Below are positions 1 through 13,200 of a stretch of DNA of 64,000 nt, in pieces; the stretch's first letter is position 1; every line of letters begins with the position of its first letter. Under the pieces are notes generated by a model. That model did not search any database. It was not told where the DNA came from and saw nothing but the letters and a program-made list of their open reading frames with translations. A program made the translations under genes and the position numbers. The stretch is from assembly GCA_037379345.1 (NCBI GenBank), contig CM074515.1:1736001-1800000 (forward strand), in the 5' to 3' direction. Source of the stretch: Perna viridis (taxonomy: Eukaryota).

Positions 1-145
1 TAATAAAGATTCTGTGAAAGATTCATTACATTTCATTCAGTGGTGTAGGAGGAGTAACCGATAACAGATACATCCCCCTTGCATAAGAGACGGACGGAAG
101 GACAGTCACCTCTATCACTATATACCTCCACTTTGGGGTATAACA
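1..145 (-). mobile_element. Helentron/HINE-type end fragment
   Basis: (GACG)n microsatellite next to the hairpin TATACCTC-CACTTT-GGGGTATA. Confidence 0.45.
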
Positions 146-163
146 AATATTACTACTAATTAG

Positions 164-310
164 CTTGAATCTCGGAGGTAGAGATCGGAGAAGTTTGACC
201 CTAATAGATATACCTTGAATCTCGGAGGTAGAGATCGGAGAAGTTTGACCCTAATAGACATACCTTGAATCTCTGAGGTAGAGATCGTAGAAGTTTGACC
301 CTAATAGATA
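164..310 (-). repeat. 50-bp x3 tandem repeat spanning the CIAO2B exon-3 donor
   Basis: Units start at 164, 214 and 264; the unit at 264 is the coding copy. Confidence 0.9.
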
Positions 311-2154
311 AGCCAATCAGTGTAGCCATACTACAGTGAGGGATTGTAGGAGTAAACTGAATAGTCACTCTGCTAGTATCATCATCAACCTGAAAATACA
401 AAACTGAAAAGTCACAATGCTAGTATCATCATCAACCAGAAAATACAAAACTGAAAAGTCACAGTGCTAGTATCATCATCAACCTGAAAATACAAAACTG
501 AAGTCACACTGCTAGTATCATCATCAACCTGAAAATACAAAACTGAAAAGTCACACTGCTAGTATCATAATCAACCTGAAAATACAAAACTGACAAGTCA
601 CACTGCTAGTATCATCATCAACCTGAAAATACAAAACTGACAAGTCACACTGCTAGTATCATCATCAACCTGAAAATACAAAACTGACAAGTGCCACTGC
701 TAGTATCATCATCAACCTGAAAATACAAAACTGACAAGTCACACTGCTAGTATCATCATCAACCTGAAAATAAAAAACTGAAAAGTCACACTGCAAGTAT
801 CATCAAATGTGTGTGTAAAGTGTATACCAAAATTTGCGATATTCATATGATTATAAAAGTAGGAGATGTGGTAGCATTGCCAATGAGACAGATTAGTATC
901 TTTTAACTTAAACCTTCAACTATGTTAACTGAAAAGTCACTGTGTAAGTATCTTCATCAACCTGAAAAATTTGTTTCACTTCTAAGTTTCATCTTCAAGT
1001 TCATGTATGTTCAAACTACTGTAAATGTACTAATTTCCACGGTGTTCTAATTTTTGCTATTTTCGCAATAGACAGAAAACCGCGAAAAATAATACCCATG
1101 AAATTAATTTTGGCACTATTTAACGCTCAACATTTTTGAAAACCGCGAAAATTGATACCCGTGAATATGTTCACTTGACAGAATCTGCGAAAATAAATAC
1201 CGGTATGTTCATAGTATTGAAGCCCTTCAATAGAGAACCATGATGAATTGTCATGCTATGTATACCCCCACTCGTTCAGATCGTTGATGTTTGACAGTAA
1301 CCAAAATCAGGAAGTTGATATCAGATAGTAATCAAAATAACTTAAAAAGTATGCCCTATTTATATAAAGCCACTCACCAAATTTGGAAATAGCATACAAA
1401 AAGTTTAAAATTGACTGATCTACATTATTCAGAATGTTAGTATGTATGTGATGTCAACAGGTTTGTGTATAAAACTGAATCACAACCTTTCGCACGTGTA
1501 ATGGGAATTTTAATCATTTTAATACTACAAGAAAAAAAGTTTGGTGACCCTCAACTTCCTTTTCAAAACATGAAAGAATGTCGGTTAGTTGTTCTCTATA
1601 TTTTTTTTAAAGAAATTCTATATGCTTAGTACCAGGTTTTAAATAGCTTTGAAAAAAGTGAAATTCCCTACAAAATCCATATAAAATATTGCAAAAAATT
1701 GCCTATCAATATATTAAGGCTCAATTATCTTGAAATCAAGTTCGTTGAACTATGTTTTTTACATTAAATTTCTTAAGTACATGTATGTTCATTGAAGATC
1801 ATCTTTAAGAAAAACTAACAAAAATTTATATACTAGAATCATTATGGTCTACTTTAATAAAAAGATTTCAGCTTACCTCCACTTTACTTTCTTCTACAAC
1901 ATTCAGTTCTTCTAATGTAAGGGGGTGTTCTGGGTCATTAATTACACGAATCAAATCTGAAAAAAAAATTTGGAATTATAAAACATGTACAAAATCCATT
2001 CACTTTCCAAAACAGATAACAAATTATATTTTCAAAATAGCACCTCTAAAAAGCCTGAATCCAAAAACTGGTTTCAATTTTGCTTTTAAATTTTGTATGT
2101 GTGTTTACAGAATATGTTTGTCAATTGTATGTCCACTTGTGAATGATAATGATG

Positions 2155-2190
<36 letters not shown>

Positions 2191-5100
2191 AAATCAATGT
2201 TATGTTTTAATTATTGTTATTAATAGAATTTATTTAACTTCACACTATTTCAGCTTAATATCACAATGGAATGTGAAAAAGTAGACCAAGACTATGTCAT
2301 TGGACAATAGATATATTCATTTGCACAAAAAATTTACAATAAATGGTTATGGCATGAATACAACAATGCAATACTAAAGAACAGTAAAATAGCAACTAAC
2401 TTCATGTGACAATGTTATTTATATATGATAGAAATAGACAAGTAAAAATAAAAGAGAAAAATTAACACTTTCAAATTCAATCAGATCTGAGAATCCAGCA
2501 TTTGTTCAGGAATTCAATTTAAGTCTCAATGAAAGTACTGTATACCAGACAGCCAGACAGTTTGCGTAGTCTACTTGTGAGGGCTGAAATATCTAAGCCC
2601 AACTTGACTCCAGGCAAGAGTTGCTCCTGTGGTGACAAAAGGTGTAAATGTTGCAACCAAATGCACCACTCATCATCATTCACCAGCACAGTCACAGGGA
2701 AATGCTACAAAATATTTTGCAATGTGCACTGCAAGAGTGCTAATGTAATATATTTGCTCCACTGTCCCATCTGTGGCCTTCAATATGTTGGTGAATCTAA
2801 ACAGTCTTTTCACAAGAGCTTGAATGGACACAGGAGCGACCTAACAAAAAAGCCTTTATTCCCAGTGAGTCAACACTTCAGATTACCTAACCACTGCCTT
2901 GATGATTTCAACAATAGAAAATCTTCATCCTGGAACAAAACACGATCTGGAGCGATCTACAGAGAGTGAAGCGGGAGGGATTTTGGATAAAAGAACTCCG
3001 TGTTTTACACCCACACGGAATTAACAAAAAACATTAAGTTCTTCCTATTTTGTATAGTTTCTTATAACAGTATTTGTAAATATTTTTAGTTTATAGTTCA
3101 GTATTCAAGATCAACACACAACGTGTGTCTATAACACAATGTTCAAGATCTGTGTTACTGTCGGTAAAATTTTATATGTCACTGGTATTCACCTGTTTAG
3201 GTAGTGAGTTGTGCTCACAGATCATTTACTTTCATACACACTCAGTTTATTTAAGGCACTGAAGAAGGTCATTTGTTGACTGAAAATTTGCCCATTATAC
3301 ATTTGATTATAGTGTGTTAACATCTTTATCGGTATCGTTGTACAATCCTTTAGACTTATATATAAATATATATATATATATGACAGGATTTATAAATCAA
3401 ATTTAAAGAAATTGCCTTAACTGTTTCAGTCAATTCATTTAAAAGAATCAAATATCAATCGGTACCAGTTTTTCCGAGTATAGATTTTTCAGAAATACAA
3501 ATAATGAATACTAGTTCATACATTTTATTAATTAGGAAATATTATTTTTATCTTTCAGTAAAAACTCATATAGGTAAACACTAAGTTCATTTGTGAACCT
3601 TCCCTTTACCTCTCAGCAAAAATTTATAAACAAACTGTTGAAGGTTTTGAAATTTGGATTCTAGTACAAGAGTAATCAAGGGAGCCAAGATTCTAGTGGA
3701 AATCAAAAGAATGTAATCCAGGGACAAAGACCACATATGGAAAACAGACAAACACAACAAAAAACATAAAGCAGCTAAAATAATACAAACACAGTCATAA
3801 AAGTAAATGAGCAACTCGGACTCCACTAAAAACTGGGAGCATGAACCAGGTGCACCAGTAGGTTAAGCATGCTCTGCTTCCCTAGAAACACCTGCTGAGT
3901 TGCTCATAAAAAGTCAAGTTCGGGGTAGACAAATGAGGAAAGGAAAACTATGACCCATTGAATAAATCAGTTTTCATGGTGCAGATGGATACACTCTAAC
4001 GATCCACGAGTTCATGATGACGACCGTAAAACTTCTGTAGTGATGACTTCAATCTTGTAGCAACATAACCCTGTTCTAGAAGCCTATTTGTTAGAGTTCT
4101 AGCATGATACAAAAAGTCTGCGTAGTTTTGGCAAGCTCTGGCATAACGTATGAGTTGTGATATGAACACTCCATATGCAGGTGCTGAAGGAATGTTGCAA
4201 TATATGAAAGGAAAGTTGACAATTCTGAATGATAAGTCATCATGTTTGTCGTAAAGTTTGGTCAATAGTTTTCCTTTACCATTGATTTCTAAGTGTTGGT
4301 CAAGATATGAGGCTGACCTCACAGTGTCTATAGTATCCTTTATCTCAAGTTCTTTGGGGTAGATGCGATGTATCAAATCCCTGAAATTAGGATTGTTTAA
4401 AGATAATATGTCATCTTCATTGCGGAAACTGTGATCAAAGGATCTAGCCAAACAATATTCTTTCTTTCGGATCAGATCAGCTATAAAGTCAGCCTCATAA
4501 GAGTGAAGGAATAGGTCAGCAAGTAAAGGAGCACAATTTGTTCCCATTGGAATGCCAACCGTTTGTGGAATAACACGTCCACCACACTGGACAAATATGT
4601 TGTCGATTAAAAATTCCAGCATTTTGTAAGCATCTTTCTCTGTATATTTGGAAGATGATTTGGAATTATTTCTTACAAAGTACCAGTATGAGGAATCTCT
4701 ACCAAGAACTATATATTTGTATCTAGGTTTACCAACTTTTTGGAAAAACAACGATGTATAATGTTTTTAAGTCAGGATTTTAACTGAGTATGGGGAATTT
4801 AAGTATACAGTGTTGAATAATCATAGGTTTTAATGTTATTATATTCAGATAATAGTCTTGAACTGTTTGTCTCCAAAGGATCTTTAGAGTTTTTCAGGAT
4901 CAACATTGAATTAATACCAGTACAGGAGTAACAAGTATCATGGTAGGACTGCAGACCCTCTTTGACAGTTGTGAGTATAGAAGTTCAAAGTTTTGAAAGA
5001 GGTTTGGTGGTACATTTTGCAGATCCAGCTATGATACGTTGTTTGTATGTATTCTTGTGGAGTTTAGGAATCTAGTACATAGATGGTAAATGGCAATCAT

Positions 5101-7075
5101 CCTCCTTGGTAGAGAGACCAAAAGAGGATAGCACAGATTTATGGTTTTCCACAATCTCTTCTTTGGAGAGTGTGGTAGCATTATAGGTGTCATCACTGCT
5201 CTTATTTTCTACGTCTACCTCTGATAATAAACATTGGATGTAAAATGTTTTGCAGACAAAAACAATGTTGTTTTGGGCTTTGTCTGCTGGTACGACAATA
5301 TATTTATCATGTATTGTAGACAATGGTTTTGTTACATCGGAAAAAGAATAAGAAATGAAAGAGAGAAAAATATTCTGCATTACTTGAGAAAAGAGAATGC
5401 TGTGGTTCTTTTTGACAGGTCGAAACCACAAGATTTCTCATGTACTCAAGAATTTCATGCCTCTTAGACCAAATAAGGAGCAAAAAAGTAGACTCTGCTC
5501 AGGTATTATCATATGACCCAACCGCTCAATCACTATAGTCCACTTCTACAGTTGCTCACATGAAAATTATAATTTAACTCTTTTAACTTTTCTGGTTATG
5601 TTTTAGTTCCAATTTGAAATATTTTGGATTTATTTGATATTTTGATTCCATGCTCACTCAAGAAAATTATGGAAATTTGATCTAACCATTAGGATTTTGC
5701 ATTCAAGTAATTACCTGACTGGGCATTTTCAATGGAGGTGCACCCTTACTTCCCAGACTTGTTATTAACTAGGTAATGTACTGACAGTAAATCGGTACAA
5801 GGAAATACTACTTTATACAGTACTTTTAATATTCCATATAAAAGAAAGACAATAATGAAAGTTGTTAGGCGAAAATATCACTTGAAAATGTACTTTAAAA
5901 TTGTATTAAAACACTCAAAAACGACTTATAGTAAACATGCAATAATGACATATTCAGGTATCACATTGACTTTATTGGTTGGTCATTCAATATATATATA
6001 CATGTACTCAATGTCCTTACAACATGTACATGTATATAGTAACTCTGTTAGAGCAAATTGTGAAGTCATTTATGTTGATCCTCAAAATGATATTTTTGTT
6101 TGGGGAAACAAATTCTGAAGAAAAATTTAGGGATGCTTCTAACTTTTGAACAAATTGTAAGAAATGACATGATTCAGGCACTGGCATTAGATGTTCTCTT
6201 TATTAAGAAACTGTGCAAATGTGAAGAAAAATATAGTGTCAATGTGTAACATTTATAGTGCCCTGTCCAACTGTCCAAACATCTATATACAATGTACAAA
6301 TTTACTTTACAAATACTTCATTGGCACATACTTAATTACAGTGCATGGCCTGTTACAACAATAAACGTACATTTCAGTGAAACATGATCAATTTAAGATA
6401 TACCATTATATTATAATTGTTTAATATTACTGTATTATTCAATATTATTGGAGAATTATATCTCTAATTTTAAAGCAATTCAGTATTAATGTGGAGGACA
6501 TTCTCAAAATATTTTGTGATATAGATCTACTATTTAAAAGAAATGTAGCAATGCATGGACGTTATGCTGTGTATTGTGCTGTTGTTTATTATGTATATAT
6601 AATTCATCAACACTTTGATAACTCTGTGAATGCTAACCCTTGTAGTGGAAAGCTGCTATGATCCTTTGTAATACATTGTATATGGTAGTGGGTGGCAATC
6701 GTAGATTGTCATTCTAAATCTAATATCTATAGACTACCAGTATTCGGACTAATTATCTATTATTTGGACTGAACCGATTTATACTGGATCCACAACTTTC
6801 ACAAGCACATTCATTTTACCTGCACATGCATGAAGTTGCTAAAGTACAGTTGCTTCACAGTTTTCATCAAAGTTCTCATTAAATTTTGATGTGTGCTCCA
6901 GATAGTGGAGGAAATACTAAAGAAAGAAGTGTAGCAATGAACTTTTATCCATACCAAACACTTCTCTGTTGTCTATTTTGTCTGTGATACTGTCGTCCAC
7001 CTCTTCTGGTAATATCGGTCTCTCTGTGCCAACTTGATAAACTGTTGGGTTTGCATTGTCTAGTACTGAAGACAT
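264..7075 (-). CDS. CIAO2B: Cytosolic iron-sulfur assembly component 2B (FAM96B/MIP18), partial; final exon lies left of the window
   Basis: Exons 6955-7075 ([40 protein letters not shown]), 1877-1956 ([27 protein letters not shown]) and 264-389 ([42 protein letters not shown]). All junctions are GT-AG with matching phases (1, 0, 0). [11 protein letters not shown] and [16 protein letters not shown] are FAM96B signature motifs. Confidence 0.95.
354..805 (-). repeat. 47-bp x about 9 tandem repeat spanning the CIAO2B exon-3 acceptor
   Basis: Unit gctagtatcatcatcaacctgaaaatacaaaactgaaaagtcacact; a further degenerate copy at 927-968. Confidence 0.9.
2480..3360 (+). mobile_element. 5'-truncated Penelope-like element (C-terminal GIY-YIG, Neptune-like), degenerate
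   Basis: ORF 2529-2969 has a CxxxxCxxC-type linker, [12 protein letters not shown] (GIY-YIG) and H...H residues. A frameshifted tail reads [18 protein letters not shown]. Hammerhead-like core at 3259-3285, and the element ends in (AT)n. Confidence 0.8.
3668..5345 (-). mobile_element. Penelope-like retroelement (C-terminal RT, Naiad-like), 5'-truncated, degenerate
   Basis: RT motifs [33 protein letters not shown] and [22 protein letters not shown]. The ORF ends after the RT thumb with no downstream endonuclease. The 3' UTR is shared with other copies in the window. Confidence 0.85.
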
Positions 7076-7200
7076 TGTTACATGATTCTAATTTGTTCCG
7101 TAATTTTTTTTCCCGAAACTGTCCTTGATATTTCACGGTTGAACTTCCGGTTCATTTCTAAATTGACATTCAGAGCAGCATATCCCTGTATTGCAGCAAT
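7076..7200. promoter_or_regulatory. Compact bidirectional promoter shared by CIAO2B and CYB5
   Basis: Divergent ATGs at 7075 (-) and 7201 (+). ETS/GABP-type ACTTCCGG at 7143-7150 and locally elevated CpG. Confidence 0.75.
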
Positions 7201-10200
7201 ATGTCTAAAATTTTCAGAGAAGCGGAGGTTAAGAATGATAACGACAAATCAAAGACACTGATGATAATCCATGATAATGTATACGATGTAGCTAAATTCT
7301 TGGAAGAGGTAATATTTTGCAGCTTGTCATTATTTTTTTCCTCACTGCTATCCTTACGACCTTAGGCTTTGATAGTCAGACTCAGAGGTCATGAAATAGA
7401 ACGTCATTAAAGGTGGACGTGACATATCATTTGGTCATGTCTTAACTATTATATTGAAGGTGAAACTTTTTAACGCTCCCCAAGAAACAGTAATTAAAAA
7501 CAACTATGATCATTTTTGTCAGCTCTGATTTGATATATTATACTTACAGTTAAAACCTTCAAATATGGTCGATATTGCAATGATACCTGTCCTAAAGCAT
7601 TGTAATAATTGTCAATGACTGATATGTCTGTTGGCTGAAACGTCCGACATTTTTAAGGAATTATTGGTCGTCATGGTCCGAAATTCTTTGGGTCAAATTG
7701 TCCGGCACTGGTAAACATTATGGTTCCTATGATTTGCGATACATCTTAAAAGATTTCTTTTATTCAATTTAGTTTCACTTCATTCTGTTTCGATTTGATT
7801 CATTTAATTATGTTTTTATTATGATTTGGTTCATTTTATCGAATTGTTTCGTTTCGATTCTCTCTTTTAATGATTATTTTTGTTTCGTTTTCGTTTCCCA
7901 ATTTTTTTATGACCTGAGAATTATGGGTAATATTGATTACCAGGGTTCTCGTTAAGACGCATCCTGGACCCAAGAAAAAGTTGCTGGACGCGCCAGGTTA
8001 AAATATTGTGCGTCCACAGGACACGTCTTCTCAAGCTGCATCCTAACATCAGTTATTTATTTAAAAATCATTAAAAGTATCCTAAAAATCAATGAAAAAC
8101 TCATTATGAATAGTGAGAACACTGGATTACATAATTTTTGTAAACATCTCGGCACCATACTGCAGACTTTTATGACCAACCCTATCTTAGAAAGCTATGA
8201 TCCGATTTCTATTTAATTATCGAAACTAGTGAATATTTTACGAGACTGGTTTGGCGCTCAATCACATATATACAAGTATACGCAAATGAAGCTGCCATAA
8301 TGCTGTTTTTCAGCTCCTAACAATGAAGGTACAAACCGGATAATGATGCTTTTTCTTGCCATATGTATACAGAAACAAGTTGATAGTACAACCATTAACG
8401 CTCCCTTCGGTAGCATATGAATACGCAGTAATCTTCTTAATATTACAAGCATTAGTTGCAAGTACTTGACAATTTCACAGTACAAATGTCAAAATGTGTA
8501 ACCTGTACCCATTGCCTAATAACAATTGCCAAAATATTCAGGATACCAGGGTCTCACTGCTTCACTGTAGTTAACTGTTTTCTACACAGAGGAAAAACAG
8601 GCCTTTTATTGCCTTAAAGCTATTTTTCTGATGCATCACTTTTAATACTCATTAATTGCTTACAAAAAGGTAAGGTAAATTTCTGTGCCTGAAAAAATGT
8701 GTATTACTGTATTGAAAAGAAAATTCTCTAAAATCATTTTTATCAAAAGCTTTGCAATGTTAATTTGAAGGGATGCACTTTAATAATTTTTCAATGGATC
8801 ATGATAACTTTTAAATCCTTATTATCTTCATTCAGTTTGACAGCAATTTTCTGAATATGACCATTGAACATATTCAAAATGGCTGAAAATCACATAAAAA
8901 TTTTGTGTTGGTCCATAATTTTCCTGTCCTAGAGAAAACATGACAAATATGTGGTTTCAAAGTTTACACTTTAAATAGTCCCGAGCCCGAGGTCTAGCAC
9001 AACAAATGCTGAAAATGTGCATCATTTCATGTTCTTGATGTAGCCATACCAAGATACAGTGTGACTAGCGATATAGTGGGAACAGAGTATGCACTCCAAA
9101 ATGTGTAACCCGTACCTACATTCCCTTGTATTCAAATTATAATATTGCCTTCTTTCATTATTATATGGAATTTTATACTGAAACTTGGTCCAAAAATTCT
9201 GATTGATGTTTTGAATCAATTTTAGTTAAAACAAGTTGAAAACACAGGCATGTATTATATTTTCAAATTCATTCGATTTAATGTTCTCAAAAGTCCTGAA
9301 ATGTGTGACCAGAATTTGCCATACCAAACTGATAATTTACTATTTTTTACTTTCTTGTCCAAACTTAATGAACAAATTTTGGTAATATTATAGTTTTCTA
9401 ATGTAAAAAAAATGATGAAATTGTACAGATAACAAAGATACCGAACTTTGATTTTGAGTACAGGAATTTTGAATTACACATTTGAGTACTTATGAAAAAA
9501 AAACAAATTTCTGTAAAATATTTTGAAAATCATTGCTTCAAGCTTACAAAATGTAGCTATCATGTCATTTTGTAAATGTGCATAAATTTTCAACTAGAAA
9601 TATCACATAATAATTAAAGAAGTAGGTGATAGAGTATTTTGGGAAAGTTGATAAGGGTTACACTTTTCAGTATGAACCAATTATTCATAATTGCAGATAC
9701 ATGAATGGTCTTGTAGATATTTTCAATAGACAAGAGTTTTTGATAATTATTTTTATATGCACCTGCAATTCCTTGCAATGTATTTCTGGTGTACATTACA
9801 AAATGTGACAGTAAGTATAGAAATAAATATTAGTTAAATTTGTATTAATTAAGTGATGCCTTCCAAAGGGATAGTAGGTTTTCTATTTATCACTGTATTT
9901 TTGTTAAGTCCCTTTACCTGTTTACCCACAGAATAGTAGAATGTATATTTCCTAACTGGTAGGCACGATTTTTTATACATCTACTACATGGAAATACCTT
10001 CACGTTTATCTATGTGATAAATTTTTGTCACATGACCATGATGCCTCCATGAAAAACTTAAGAGTTTATGTTGGTGACTGAATACTCCTGATGTTTGTAC
10101 ATGCTGCACAAATCATGTTACCTTCAGGAAATAAATTTTTGTAAACAATGAAAGGAAAAGATTGGGATTTGACAAGTATAGATGAAAAGGATAAGATTCA

Positions 10201-13200
10201 ATTTTCTTTATAGTTTCATCACATATTTAAGATCTACTACTGTCAACAAAAATTTCTCCACTCTTCTTAGTGGAGATATAAGTGGAGTCACAGTGTCTCC
10301 AATTTCTGCAGTGGAGTCACCATTTCAAAAATTGTCTGTAATTTACTATTCCTTTCTTTATATCAAGATATATATAATGGTTCTAATAGTTTAATAACAT
10401 TTCTCACTTATTGACAGAAAAAAATATTGAACAGTATTTGAAATGGAGAAATTTTATCCTAGTTTTTACTTTGTGACTCCACTGTGAAGAGTAGAGCAAT
10501 CAGATTTTGGGTTGACAGTAGTGTACATAGAACAAACATAGCATTGTATGTGGTCGACGGTAGTGTACATAGAACAAACAGCATTGTATGTGGTCGACGG
10601 TAGTGTACATAGAACAAACATAGCATTGTATGTGTCACAATGGAAAATGATGGGTGTGGGTCTGCTAATGCGTAAATATGGCTACTGCTAAAAATGAGCC
10701 ATCCAAGGAAATACAATTTTCATTCTGAGAGTACATATTTTGTTACTACATTTACAATATTGAAATGCAGATAAATTCAAGCAAAATAAATAAAATCTCA
10801 AACATAATAGATGATAGAAACAATTAGGAACAATTTGTAACCTGGGATAATCATTAACATGCAATGCACGTAACATGCATAATATAAAGTATTTCCAGCA
10901 AAGTAAATTAACTTTGTAATTTTGAATTATGCAAATATTCCAATCACAGCTAAATTCAATTTCCAAATTTTTAGTTCAAAATGTAGAGGTTTTAGTCTCA
11001 AAATACCGAAATCCAACCTGTCAATTACCTCTCTAATTTATAAACATATAAACCAAAATGAATTTAACAAATAAAATTTTTAGATAATTTCCTGAAAGAT
11101 GGTGATGTTATCCACCCCCCTATATGTGACAAACTACTAGACTAGAAATATTGTCGGATTCGATTTAAATACCCGTGAAGTGTGGGTGTTCGCACAGTTA
11201 GTTAAGTGCGTGAAAGCATATACTGTTTAATGTAGTCTGTTTCTTCATACCGTTCTGTCGAATTTGTCGGTATGATAGAAGTAAGCAATGTATAACCAAT
11301 GGATGAATGAATGATTAAAGAAATTAATCATGCAAATCAACCTGGTGACACATGTACCAATCTAAAAAAGATTCATCAGAGATTCTTGAAAGCCATAAGT
11401 GTACTCTATACACAAACTACATTATAATTATAAAGTTGATTTTATTTCTTAAAATTATTGACATGTTTTTTTTAAAATTAGTGACATAAAAGACTATTTT
11501 TCTTCGATAAAATATCGTCACTGGTTTTGGCAGCTATATTACTCATATTTTCATTATTAGATAAAAATATATTTTTTTCATTTTCTGATGATAGAATAAA
11601 ATGTTAAATTAAATGTGTTGCATCATTTAGCATAGGTTGCATAAGATCTGCATATACAGGCCATTGTACAATGTATAACAACATGTAACTCATCTTCAAT
11701 ATTAGTACTGCAATTAAAAGTAGTTCTTTCAAAAAATTCTTCTAGTTTCTATTTTTAGGGGGGAGGGGGGGCAACTCCACATATAAAATGAATAAAAGCA
11801 CTTCTATGTTAAATACAAGAAAAGTTTTTTTTTAAGATTCTTCCTTATACAATTTATACGTTCTTAATATACTACCATCAGCATATTAGCCAACTCTTAA
11901 ACACCATTCTCTTTAAAATTTTATGAACATATCTTCCTCGAGTTGTTTGACAATATTTTTGTGCATGTATTTATGTCAAAATTACAATATTGCTCATAAT
12001 TATACTGTTATTTCCATTACCTTATAGCCACAGATTTAAATTTTGGTATTGCATTTTCCTATTGATCACTTAAAAACTGTATATTTTAAAGAAATAGTTC
12101 ATTTAGTATCCTATCAAAAACACATTTGACCATATTTGGTATGACATATGTATAAGTCTAATTCAGGAAAATCATGGATATCTTTCTAATATTTCTTGTT
12201 TGAATGAATTCTATGTCCTTAACCTGAATTAAATCTTGTCGTGCTATGCCTGGATATCTGGACTTGGCCCTGTTACTGCTTTATTGGTTCTGGCAGTGGT
12301 TCACCTGAGAATGATAGTCAATTTATACTGTTCGAAGGTTGTAGCTGTAAACAGAATTATCTAAGTCAATGTCTGTATGTTGTTATTACTAAATGAGATG
12401 TTTCTACTATTACTGATTATACAGTAAAACTTGTTTTGTACTGTAGGATTTGTAAAATTAAGGCAGATCATTTAAAATTTTCTTTTTTACTTTGATTAAT
12501 GAATCCAGAAAAAGGCTGATTTACCATCTATGTACTGGATTCCTAAACTCCACAAGAATCCATACAAACAACGTTTCATAGCTGGATCTGCAAAATGTAC
12601 CACCAAACCTCTATCAAAACTTTTAACTTCTGTACTCACAATTGTCAAAGAGGGTCTGCAGTCCTACCACAACACTTGTTACTCCCGTAGTGGTATTAAT
12701 TCAATGTGGATCCTGAAAAATTTGAAAGATCTTTTGGAAACAATTAGTTCAAGACTATTATCTGAATATAATAGCATTAAAACCTATGATTTTTCAACAC
12801 TGTATACTTCTTTTCCCCATACTCAGTTAAAATCCTGACTTAAAAACATTATACATCGTTGTTTTTCCAAAAAAGATGGTAAACCTAGATACAAATATAT
12901 TGTTCTTGGTAGAGATTCCTCGTACTTTGTAAGAAATAATTCCAAATCATCTTCCAAATATACAGAGGAAGATGTTTACAAAATGCTGGAATTTGTAATC
13001 AACAACATATTTGTCCAGTGTGGTGAACATGTTTTTCAACAAACGGTCAGCATTCCAATGGGAACAAATTGTGCTCCTTTACTTGCTGACCTATTCCTTC
13101 ACTCTTATGAGGCTTACCCTAACAAATAGGCTTCTGGAACAGGGTTAGGTTGCTACAAGATTGAAGTCATCACTACAGAAGTTCTATGGTCGTCATCATG

